Source: Azolla caroliniana (lineage: Eukaryota; Plantae; Polypodiophyta). Taken from it: DNA of 64,000 nt. A model generated the notes under the pieces. That model worked only from the letters and a program-made list of their open reading frames with translations. It searched no databases and was not told the origin of the DNA. The stretch covers positions 14,322,001 through 14,386,000 of the forward strand of contig JBHGNT010000005.1 of the NCBI GenBank assembly GCA_043228905.1, given 5' to 3'. A program made the position numbers and the translations under genes. This document shows positions 50,724 through 62,500 of this stretch, piece after piece (position 1 is the stretch's first letter; the number at the start of each line of letters is the position of its first letter).

Positions 50724-53700
50724 TGTCGTGAAGATCCGTCACTACGCGCGGATCGTGAGGCGGAACCGCCGAGGTTTTGGACCGGAAGGATTCAAAGTCG
50801 GTACAAGTTTTGGTGCAAGCTTTAGCGAGAAAGTACTTAGGATAGATTGGGAAAGAGAGAAGTTGAGATTACACAATTGAGAGAGATTGATTGAACTTTT
50901 AACTTTAGATTTAAGAAACAAGTTACACGATCAATTTGATAACGAATTTCTTCCTCTTAATTTTCATAAAAAAAAACCGTCTTTTTTTTTCTTCCCCCTT
51001 CCTTCTTTTATAGATGCTCTCATGCATATGATGCATGTGAGGGTACAAGACATGCATAAATTGCATGTTTGCCATTTGGCGCTTATGTATTACATGTGGT
51101 GCATGATAACCATGTCACTCATTTTAGCTCTCATGTATGAGAATTTACATGTAAAAGTACAATGATAGAAATATAATTTCAACTAAATAGCATGGCTTAA
51201 TGGTAAGCCAATTGACTCCTAACTTGGAGGTGCAAGGTTCGAATCCTTACTTGCCCTCCTTGTATATGTAAATATGTATATATATATATTTATCTAGCCG
51301 TCGGATGCCTGTGTCTCACTGGCGCCGGATGCCGTCCATCGGCTCCATCGCCGGTCCGGTTTTGGTTGGCCAAAACCCTTTACGAGTAGCTAGCCCACCT
51401 CCACTCTTAGTTCAAGTTACCTTGAACTCTCTATGCTCCATACATAGACACAAAGATAATATCTTTTGCTCCACCTTATATATGATGAGAGCCGTATTTG
51501 TCGTGCCTATGTGGGATATCTCAAAATTTTCTCTTTTCCTTTCACAAACTTTATACCCTAATATTTTGACATTTAGTTGTCCGTTTCTCGTGTAATAAAG
51601 TGCATTCGAAACCTCCATCATTTTGTACTTAGATATTAAATTGATTTAAAATGTTATCTTCACAACTATTGTACTATGTGATTCATACTCGATTTCGTAC
51701 GTTTTTTGGGATTTTCACACTATTGCCGAAAATCTTCACGACATCCACCCCCACCAAACCGCACGTCCTCCGGTACGTGCCAAGAAGAGAGAAAGTGAGA
51801 TTTCGGCTACGATGATCAATTAGATTCCTCCATGTCTTCATTTACATCCGCCCCATTATGTTCATCGTTGAGGTAGTCGAGGTCAGGATCCTTGTCTTGT
51901 CTTTTCTTGATAATCTTTACTCTTTTTCCCGCAATGGGTACGAACAACCTTGATCCGTCTAGTTTCGCAAGGTGGTATGTGGCATTATCGTTGGCACTTG
52001 TCACCACATACGGCCCGAACCATTTTCTTGCGAACTTCCTTGTTGTACTGTGTTGATTGTCAAGGGTGCTGTCGTAAACCAAAACCCAATCCCCTTCTTC
52101 AATCTTCTTGGGACAAAGTCGATGCGTGTTGTCGAACCGAACTTTGTTCTTTACTCGGGCGGCCTTCATCATCTTTCGCGCTTTTTCTAAATCTTCAGGT
52201 CTTCTTTCAAGTTGCCTTATCCGCGCCGCTAATAACTCTTCTCGGCTCATCTCGTTCTCCCACGATATCGCTACCCATGAGGCGATCGTCCTTTCGATGG
52301 GCATAATCGGCTTTTGTCCATACATAAGCTCCGTCGGCATATACCCTGTCACCGAGCTATGTGTCGTTCTATCGGCCCACAAGGCATAGGGTAATAATCG
52401 TGGCCAATTCCCGACTCGACCGTTGCATGCCCGTACGATGGCTTTAACGATAGGTCCATGCCCTCGCTCGATCTTCCCATTTGCTTCCGGATTGTAGGCA
52501 GTCGTGAGAGAGAGCTTCACGCCTAGTCTTTCGAAGAGCTCTGTCGCTTCGTGCGCGTCCAACTCCCCTCGGTCGGCCACTATCTTCCCTACACATCCAT
52601 ATCGGCAAACAACATCTTCAAGTAGAAATTTGCAAACAGCTGAAGTCGTCTTATTTGTCAAGGCTTGTCCTTCCACTTGATTTGTCAAGTCTTCCCTTGC
52701 CAGCGCTAAGTACTTCATTTGTCCCACTCCCATTGGCATCGAGACCAGATTCACCATCCATTTGAAGTGTATGGTGAGTGGGTATGTCGGCTTTAACTCA
52801 TCACGATGACGTATATTTGAATATACTTGGCAAGTTTCGCATGTGGACACGAAATGGAGTACATCTTTGTACATGCTTGGCCACTAGTACTTCTCCTTCA
52901 ACTTTTCGAACGTCGCCCATGTTCCTCTATGACCTGCCCAAGCACTCTCGTGGAATTCGGTCATCAACGTCTCTTGCTCTTCTTTCTTTACCACCACTCG
53001 ACGTGGTATTCCTGTCCTTCTTTTTGGATGTCGCCAAAGGAATCCTCCCTTCAAGAAGTATCGGTAAGCTTTCTTTCGGATTCGTAGGGCCTCCTCCTTT
53101 GTCAACGAAGCATCTGTCGTCAATGTTCTTAGGAATCTACCGATGAGTAACCACTCTCCTTCGTACTCGTTCTCGTTGAAGGCGTGGAGGGTTTGCATGT
53201 CCTGGTCTTCCGCCGACAATCGAGCCATCTTGAAGAAGTCGAGGGCGACATCTTCATCTTCCAAAACCATGTTACTTCCATTTGAAAATCTTGCCCTTGA
53301 CAGCATGTCAGCCATGGCGTTCTTCTTCCCTGCAATGTGACGGATTTCTGGGTTTAAAGATTTGATGTAGGCGATCCACCTTAGCATAGCAAGATCTGGG
53401 GTTGCACATCTCGAGAGCATTCCGAGAATTGGGAGACAATCTGTTTCTATTATCACTTCTGACCCGATCAGGTAATCTTTGTCCGTCTTCACTGCCGACA
53501 CAATACCCCAAAGTTCCCACTTGACTTGGGCATATCTTTGTTGCCGTTCGCTGAGAACCTTTGCTCCGAACCGGACGACATATCGCGCATTATCTTCACC
53601 TTCTTGATTGATGACCCACCCGATTCCGGTTGGGCTCGTATCTACGGTCACGTAAATTGGTTTCCCTTCAGCATAGTCGGCCTTCCTTAGTGACGGAGCT

Positions 53701-56592
53701 TCAAGAAGCAGTTTCTTTAATCTTCGCATCGCCTTTGTGTGCTCGTCTCGCCATTCGAACTTTATTCTTTTCTTTAGTAGTCCATATAACGGTTCGGCGA
53801 CATGAGCGTAGTGAGGAATCTATATATGATAAAACGCGCATGCTCCAAGGAACCTTCGAACCTCCGTTTGGTTTTCGCATTCTTCTTTCATGTCTTGGAT
53901 TGCGTTCACTTTGGATGGCGAGGGCTTCCGGCCGTATGCTCCACACAAGTGACCTACCACCAAGATCTCCGGTTGCCCGAATGCGGATTTTTCTCCCGAA
54001 AATGTCAAATTCGCATCTTCGAGCCTTTGAAGCACCTTCTCGCAATCTTTCATATGATCCGCAACGAACTTTCTACAACCTTCCTTATCTTTCGATTCAT
54101 CTTTCTCCTCATCCGAACATCCTTTTATCGGAATATCATCCAAGAATGGCATCGTGATGTCCGGAATGCAATCCTTCAAGACTTTATTCATGGCATTCAC
54201 CATATGAGCCACCGAGTTCGTTGCGCCTTGGGGTAAGGTACACATCCGCACAAGCCCAATCGGAGTCCTCATGGTTGTAATGTCCCGACTGTCGATCGCC
54301 AATTGGAATTGGTCATATCCGAAGTAGAGATCGCCAATGGAGTAGATGGACTGGCCCGCAAACGCGTCGGCAAATTCGTCCACGCTCGGACCGATTCCGG
54401 CATTTCGAATTGTCACCTTGTTGATGGGTTGAAGATCCTGGATGAATCGCAATGATCCATTCTTCTTCGGCACCGTGAACCACCTATTGGAATAAGGAGC
54501 ATTCGACGGTTCTAGAATTCCCATACTCACCTTCTCCTTTAAGAGCTCGATTAGCTTCGGAAGGTATGCTCTCGGAACCGGTATCGGTTTCAAATTCCAA
54601 GGCACATGAGGCACCGTGAAGATCACCATCGGCTCTATAACCTTTGGGTCGGCGCATCCGATTTCTCGTGGGAAGAATGCGAAAGCCTTCCCATGTCTCT
54701 CAAGCATATCGCGAAACATTCGCTCCTCTTCAGGGAGAAGGAAATCCTCCTTTCCAACTCGTAGCTTCCCCTTCGTCTCTTTGGTGAAGACATGACCTAT
54801 CTTCTTCGGATCTCTTAAGCTTGGATTGTTAGTGACTTCCTTCATCTTTTGCCAACTATCTTCCGGTAGCGGAACCGCAACTGGCTTGATCTTCTTATCC
54901 ACCGTTTTATATTTCGTGTTGATGTCAGCTTCCTTCATCGAGATGCTACGACGGTATTCATCGATGATAGCGTACATGTTGACGGAGTTAACCGAAATCA
55001 CGCGTTGGTTGTGAAGATAGCTCAAGTCCACGACGTCCTCGATTTCGCCGATGGTGTCGTTAAATGAGGCTTCTTCCATAATATGAGTCACGAACTCTCC
55101 TTCTTCTATTATGTTCTCTTCTTTCAGCATCTTCTCGAATTCTTGTATCCGGTGCTTGTGCTTCTTGTCGGGTAGTACTAGTTTGCATGCGCCACTAGGT
55201 GTGACACATGTTGCTTCTCCTTGCAATCCACGCACTCTTCTTTCTTGTGGGGTCTTGTGATTGCTCAGACTATTTGTGCCCCATGCTTCAATAGTCCGCT
55301 CTAAAAATCCGAGGATTCGCCTCCAAGACTATCTCGATTCCTTTCATGATTGGCTCACACCGTTAGGAATTGGACCGATCTTTGGTTGTCAAGACTCTTT
55401 ATTCGTGCGAAGGCTGCTCCATTATCGAACACTCTGGTCTCCATCCGAGATGATGTGATATAAGGTTGCCCTAGGATGACAGGATGCGACACCGATTCTT
55501 GTACGAAGAAGTGTTGATCCATCTCCACATCCCCGATCGTGACTTTGACATTGGGACAAGCTCCGTACAAGTCCTCCGTAGACTTTGTTGCCGTGCGAAT
55601 CTTCCATCCGTGGTTTGTATTGATTGGCCATCTTCCCTTTTTGTAGAAGTCGGTTGACATGAGGTTGATCTCCGAGCCGTGGTCGATCAAGGCTAGGACG
55701 GTCTCTTTCTTCTCCCCGATCTTCACCGGCGTCTCCGTTGTCGCTCGTGCCCAATGAGGTCGAGTGTAGTGGCTGTCCACCATATCTTCATCGATTTCGT
55801 CTCTTGCCATCGTTATGGCATTCGTTTTTGCTTTTTGCGGCTTCTCTTCTTCCTCATCCGATTGTTGTCTCTTTCTCTTTACAAGGTCCACGATCGTGTC
55901 ATGGAACTCCTTCTTCGTAATGCCAAGCAATTCCCTCAAGGACAAAGTTATGTGGCTATCAAGAACTCGTTCTTCGAGAATCTTCTTTAGGTCCGTCGTC
56001 TGCTCTATGTCTGACCTTAGCTTGTAGGTAGGTATAGTCCTTGTCCTCCGAGTGGGGTCTTCGACACCAACCTTCACGGGCCGAACCGTTTCTTCAACTC
56101 GTATGCTCGGCTCCCCTTTTCGGCTTGATTCTCGTTCCTTTGTTTGTAAAGGTCGAATCGTCTCCGCATCGTCCTTCTTTTTCACGTTCCTTGTTTCATG
56201 TCTTTTTGATGGCCCTTGCTCTTCTATTCTCTTTCTCTTTTCTTCGACGAACACCTCGTGGTTGTCGCACATCACCTTTGCGAGTATGGTGTTGTCGTCC
56301 ACCGGATCCGACCACCCGGTTATGCTTTGCACGCTTCGGTCTGCAAGCTCTACCTCGTTCGATGTGATTTTTCCCTTCTTCTTATATTCGAGAACGGAAG
56401 TCCAAAACTTTGCTCCCGCTCTAGCAGCTTCAATCTTGTCTTTCCCGACTCTTATTCTGGCCGACGCAGCATAGTGCATCGCATCCACATGAGTCGCATC
56501 GGCATCCTCGATAGATTTCTTCATTCCTCCTCTTCCGAAATTCACCCGTAGGGGTCTTCTAGTCTCACTTGAGCAGATCATGTTGTCCTCTA
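50724..56592 (-). mobile_element. Fungal (Ylt1)-like Ty3/gypsy element: gag C-terminus/PR (56592-55355), RT (55235-53820), RNaseH (53729-52884), INT (52874-51816), PPT, 3' LTR 51743-50724; 5' part displaced by an insertion at 56593
   Basis: PR ALIDHGSEIN. RT SNAPYSNRWFTVPKKNGSLRFIQDLQPIN, LPQGATNS and PFLDDIPIKG. RH VDTSPTGIG and ETDCLP. INT ADRGE..NGKIERGH and GPYVV. PPT at 51744-51760. Several stops and frameshifts. Confidence 0.92.
51186..51258 (+). ncRNA. Best-preserved tRNA-like cassette in an LTR (D-arm, partial anticodon arm, T-arm; no acceptor stem)
   Basis: TGGCTTAATGGTAAGCC (A box, GCTT/AAGC stem) ... GAGGTGCAAGGTTCGAATCCTT (B box in an AAGG/CCTT stem). Confidence 0.7.
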
Positions 56593-59500
56593 TGTTGTTA
56601 CCGGCCGGCAAAGGAGTCCAGAGTGGGAAACGGAGAGCTAATTAAGTAGTAGGAATGTGGTTGTAATTAAGCTATGAGTGTGGACGGACGGACCGGAATC
56701 GGTATGCCGTTCCGGATCCGGACCGATCCCGAACAGGTGCGGATGGCACCGTTTTGTAATACAGACCGAAACCTATTTAAAGGCTCGGATACAATGTAAT
56801 AGTTAGCGGTTAATTAATGAAAGCTTAAGCGTTGTTATCTCTCTGTGTTAATTGCCGTTCTGTCTTAATTGTTATATCTTACGCGTGTTATGAAAGACGA
56901 TCCTAATAAGTAACTTAATTAAGTCGGATTAAGCGTTGAAGTCTAATCCGGTTGCCGTAACACCCTTTGGTGAAGTGTCTCCCGTAGACACCCTGTGTTA
57001 GGCCATTGTCCGGCCCGAAGAGTTAACACAGTTTTTGGCGACCACGATTCCTGTTTTTGCAGCGAACAACGGCACAGATGGATGTCTAGATCAACGCACG
57101 ACCTGGTTACAGATCGAACTCGACGCCTTGCCGAAAGGCAAAGGAGACGCGAGGCTTTCCAGCAAGCGGCGCAGGAAATTAGAGCGGATCGCTCGTTTTC
57201 CAACGTAATCCGGAGAGTAGCGGAGGACTCCCTCTGGTTACAGCAAACATCGCACCCGGACGACGGCAGTAGCCTAAGCAGCCTCCGGGAAACCAAATCC
57301 CTTCTCCATGCGTTGGCAAACGGAGAAGGCGAAGCAGAGGCCTTTTCAGCATATGAATTTGACTCCGAAGGGGAATACAGCGTGCACACGAACTACCGTA
57401 GCAGCAACGAAACCCCGGGCGGACCGGAGGATGGAGGATCGGATACCTTACTGACACCGGAACCGGAACCGGAAGTGCTAACGCTGGAACCCCTGAAACC
57501 AGCAGAGGAAGAACGACCTCCGACACCGGAAGTCGAAGAGGAGAGGCCTTCGTCACCAAAGGAAGAGAAACAACCGACACCGGAATCAAATCGGGAAAGA
57601 CCACCGACACCGGAGAAAATTCCGGAATGAGCACCAACACTACCAGCCCGCGCACCGATACCGGACGACGACATGCCGTTCCAGTACTCCAAGTATAGAG
57701 ATGATCCGGACGCGGAAGCTCATGTGCACGCCTTTGAACAGACATGGGAAGCCAACCATGTGTCGCAGCGATTGACCCCAGAAGAAGAAGAACGCTCTAA
57801 GATAGCGGAATTTGGCGTCACATTGGAGGGACCAACAGCAAGATGGCACCGGACGCAGGACTCGTCTACCATCAACACCTTTGCAGATTTAAAAGCTAAA
57901 TTCATGCATTTTTTTCAAAAGGAGGTGGACCAGACCGTAATGGTAGGCTTATTTTATACCATCCGACAAGAGGCAGGGGAGAGCATTCCCCAATTTGTTG
58001 TCCGGTTTCAACGGATGCATAGTCAGATTGCCCGTGCACCCCCGGAGGAGGAATTACGGACGATATTCCTAAACGCGCTCCAGGAACCCCTACGCACGGT
58101 TTGCACGGTAATCGATTTCCGCACTAGTACCATCGACCAGGTCATTGATCGGGTGAGAGAGATGGAAAAGACAAGCTGCTGGCTCACACTGCACTTCAAC
58201 GGGCGTTACCGTCCGATGAAGACCTCCGGTTTCGGCAAGCAATACAGTGCACAACCTGCTTGAATTCCGGACACTCGGCTCTAGAATGCACTATGAGTAC
58301 GCAATGTGTAATCTATCAATCCAAGAGCCATACGACGGATAGGTGCGAGTATAATTTGTTGAATCGGCAAGCACCGCCCGTCCGACAAATTGAGCCACGC
58401 AGCAGCTGGGATGAAGAAGACGAACGCTGGCGGCGAATGGACCATGACCGACCGGCACAGGATGTCCGATATGGCGAGCGACGGGAAAATGATGTCCGGT
58501 ATGGCGATCGACGGGAAAATGATGTCCGATACGGTGATCGGCGAGATAACTATGACCGGCATGATCGGTACCAGGATTACAATAGACGATACGAACAGTA
58601 CGACCGGGAGCACTCCCCCGAGTATCGTCAGCAATGGGAGGAATACGGCAGATATAACGGGCAACCCCGTCAAGAGTACCGTAATAAGAAGAGCTATAAC
58701 AAAAAACGGCCTTTTAAAAAAGGCGGCTACCCCCGGGATCTGGAACAAGGCGCTCCAAGTAGCCAACTGGTACAAAACCCCGCGCGTACCGTAGGACCTG
58801 CCCCGGGTACAACAGACAATGCCGAATCTAGCAATACCCGGAAAGCCTACTGCTACTACTGCCGACAGGAAGGCCATTATAGTAACCAATGCCCGGTGAA
58901 GAGCTATGAAAAACGACCGGCGGTAAATATGGTAGTCCCTGAGGTGGCAGACCTGCAGCAGGTGACCACAAGGTCGAAGGGCATGGCCAAAGAATGGGAG
59001 ACACAGGAGACCATCCGGAAACAAGCAACGGAATGGGTAAAGAAAGCAAACGAGCAGAATGTCACAGACTTACAACAGCAAAAGGAGAACACCGCAGGGC
59101 TTGCCGGCGGTAGTCACTCCGAGAACGAGACATGGCAGGCGTTGCAAGAATGCCAGATTACGTTACCACTAGGAAGACTCCTACAACTCGTGCCAAGATT
59201 CACGGAAGGACTAAAGACGGCCATGACGGCAGGAGAACCATCACCGGCACCGATACTCTTCTCGAATTCGGAGGAGGGACCAACAGTGGTAGACACCAGC
59301 AGTCCGGTAATCACTGCCATTGTAAAAGCGAAAGAACTCCTCGGCACAGTTATAGACGGAGGCTCTGGGGTAAATGTAATAAGCCTCCGGACGTGTGATG
59401 ACCTAGGAATCCACGAGTGGGAGCCGTGTCCGTTCTGGTTGCGGATGGCCGATACAAGCTCAGTGCGGCCGACAGGATTAATACGGAAATTAGAAGTCAC

Positions 59501-62500
59501 CGTTGGCGGTCATACATTTCACATCTCGGCCGTAGTGCTACAATTACAGGCACAAGGCGCATACCCGCTATTGCTGGGGCGGCCATGGTTGAAAACGGCA
59601 CATATCAAACAGAATTGGCGAAAAAATATAATTACCTTCCGGCGAGGAAAAGCCATGGTACGGGTACCAACACATCCAAGGAAGAGCACTGGCAAGGAAT
59701 GTACACCGTTGTATGCGGAATGCGTCAACATGCTAGAAGGGTTAGCGGACGAAGAAGAAGCTCAATACCTGCAGGAAAACCCAAAGATCATACCCCTCTT
59801 CGAAATTGACATTGCCGAAGCCGTAGCACCATACTTACCACAACCGGAAGAGGTGGAAGCAGAACCGGATAAAGACGCAATCCGGGAGTTACGGCAAGCG
59901 CAGGAAGCGTTGGAACGGGAAATGGCCGTTTCACAGCGCGTAAAAGCATCGCAACTGGAAGAGGTGAATTTAGGCACCACGGACAAAGCAAAACCGGTGC
60001 ACATCGCCAAGGAGATGAAGTCCGGAGACAATACGGCGATGATAACACTTCTCACGGAATTTCGCGACGTATTTGCCTGGTCATACGAAGACATGCGAGG
60101 ACTCGACCCTCAGTTATACCAGCATCAAGTGCACTTGAGCAAGGACGCAAAACCAGTGGCACAAAGACGGTACCGGATGAATCCCAATTACGCCGCCAAG
60201 GTCAAGGAAGAAATCGACAAACTGCTAAGAGTTGGCTTTATCCGTCCAGTAAAGAAAGCGACATGGCTGAGCCCGATCGTAGTCGTACCGAAGAAGAACG
60301 GCAAAATTCGAGTTTGCGTGGACTACCGGAAACTCAATGCGGCTACGGTAACGGATGCGTTTCCACTTCCGTTCACAGATGGAGTGTTGGATGCCGTCGC
60401 CGGCCATGAGGTCTATAGCTTCCTAGACGGATTCAACGGGTATAATCAGATCCGGATGCACCCCGACGACCAAGAGAAAACGGCATTCGTCACCGAATGG
60501 GGGGTGTTTGTGGCCGTGGTGATGATGTTCGGACTCAAAACGGCACCGGCAACATTTCAACGAATCATCATGGAAATCTTTGGTGAATATATACTGGCTT
60601 TTATGCAGGTTTTCCTTGACGATTTCGCCGTCTATAGCCGGGAGGAGGACCATTTTTAGCACCTCCGTCTTTGTCTAGAAAAGTGTAGAGCATACCGACT
60701 AAGCTTGAATCCGGCAAAGTGTGTATTTGGTGTGTCTAGTGGAACCTTATTAGGACATATTGTGAGCCAGGAAGGTATTGCAGTCGACCCGGACAAAGTG
60801 AAAGCCATATTAGAAGCACCGGCGCCGGTAACGACAAAGGCATTAAGCCGGTTCTTAGGCCAGATCCGGTGGCACAGCCGGATGCTCCGATACTTGGCCG
60901 ACCTGGCTACACTGTTGCATGCCGCCATACATCGGACACCATTCCAGTGGACCGATACTGAGGATAGGGCATATAAAGCCCTCAAGGTACTATTGTCGCA
61001 GGCACCGGTAGTACAACCTCCGGATTGGAGTAAAGAATTTCACGTGTTCGTGGACGCTTCCGACATCGCAATCGGAAGCGTACTGATGCAGCTTACGGAA
61101 CCAAAGTGGTACCGGCCAGTGTACTATGCCAGCCGGAAGCTATCCCAAGCAGAACGGAACTACTCTACTACGGAACGGGAAGCTCTAGGAATGATCTACA
61201 GTGTGACAAAGTTTCGGCACTATTTATTGGGAAGGAAGTTTTCCTTTCATGTAGATCATTCGGCACTCCTTTACCTGGTGTCCAAGGCGTCACTCACCGG
61301 CAAATTGGCCCGGTGGGCCTTATTGTTACAGGAGTTCGAGTTTGAAATATTCCACCGACCCGGTATACATCATGTCGTAGCGGATTACTTAAGCCGATTA
61401 GAGTCCGGCGAGACGGGGGACGGAGTACCGGATGAGTTTCCGGATGCGGAGCTGTTTCGAGTCACTATGGAGACGGCAGCAGATGAGACAGTGGCCCAGG
61501 AAGACAAGTGGCTCACAAATATGCACCAGTTTCTGAGCACAGGACTGCCTCCGGAAGAGCTGAACCGGGATGAACGGTAACGCCTAGCGGTACAAAGCCG
61601 ACATTTCTGCTTACTGCAAGACACACTGTACCACAAGGGCGCTGACGGCATATGGAGACGGGTGGTGCGCAGCGATGAAAAGGAACTGATACTGAGGGAA
61701 GCCCACTGCGGAGTTGCCGGAGGTCACTATGCCGGAGATGCGACGGCCAGAAAAATATGGCAAAGTGGCCTATGGTGGCCAACGACATTAAGAGATGCGG
61801 TACGGTACGCAAAAGAATGTGACCTATGCCAGAGAATGGGCCAGCCAACGGAGCAGACTCGTATGCCACACCAGCTGGTACTACCACTCGAGCCATTCCA
61901 AAAGTGGGGGCTGGACTTTGTAGGACCGTTCAAGCCACCGGCAATGAGAACGGGTAATCGGTACGTTATCGTTGCTATGGATTATTGCACGAAATGGGTG
62001 GAGGCCAAAGCTTTACGGGATAACACCGCTGCGTCAACGGCAAAGTTTCTATATGAGTACATCTGGTGCCGTTACGGATGCCCCATTGAATTGATAAGTG
62101 ACCAAGGGGGGCACTTTCTCGGACAAGTAGTGGAAAGCCTAACGACCTTCTATGCCGTGGTCCACAAACGAAGCACACCTTACTATCCACAGGCGAACGG
62201 ATTAGCGGAATCAACAAACAAGCCGCTCCAGAATATCCTTCAGAAGATCGTCAACGAGAACCGGACGGATTGGGACACAAAGCTACATAGCGCGCTTTGG
62301 GCATACCGGACGGCATACAAAACGAGCATCCAAACAACACCGTTCCGGTTGGCGTTCGGACTCGAGGCGGTCATGCCGGTAGAATTCCAAGTACCTAGCT
62401 TACGGATCCAGCTACGGGAAAGGCTGAACGAGAAGGAGTCGGAGGCAATAAGGTTGACAGCGCTGTGTGAGCTCGAGGAACAACGACTGGCCAGCATCCT

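Noticed and set aside
51186-51258. Functional tRNA gene
   Set aside because: No acceptor-stem pairing and an imperfect anticodon arm. Kept only as a tRNA-like cassette.
57628-57630. Programmed stop read-through in gag
   Set aside because: The element has other point-mutation stops (60657, 61578), so decay is the simpler explanation. It cannot be tested from one copy.
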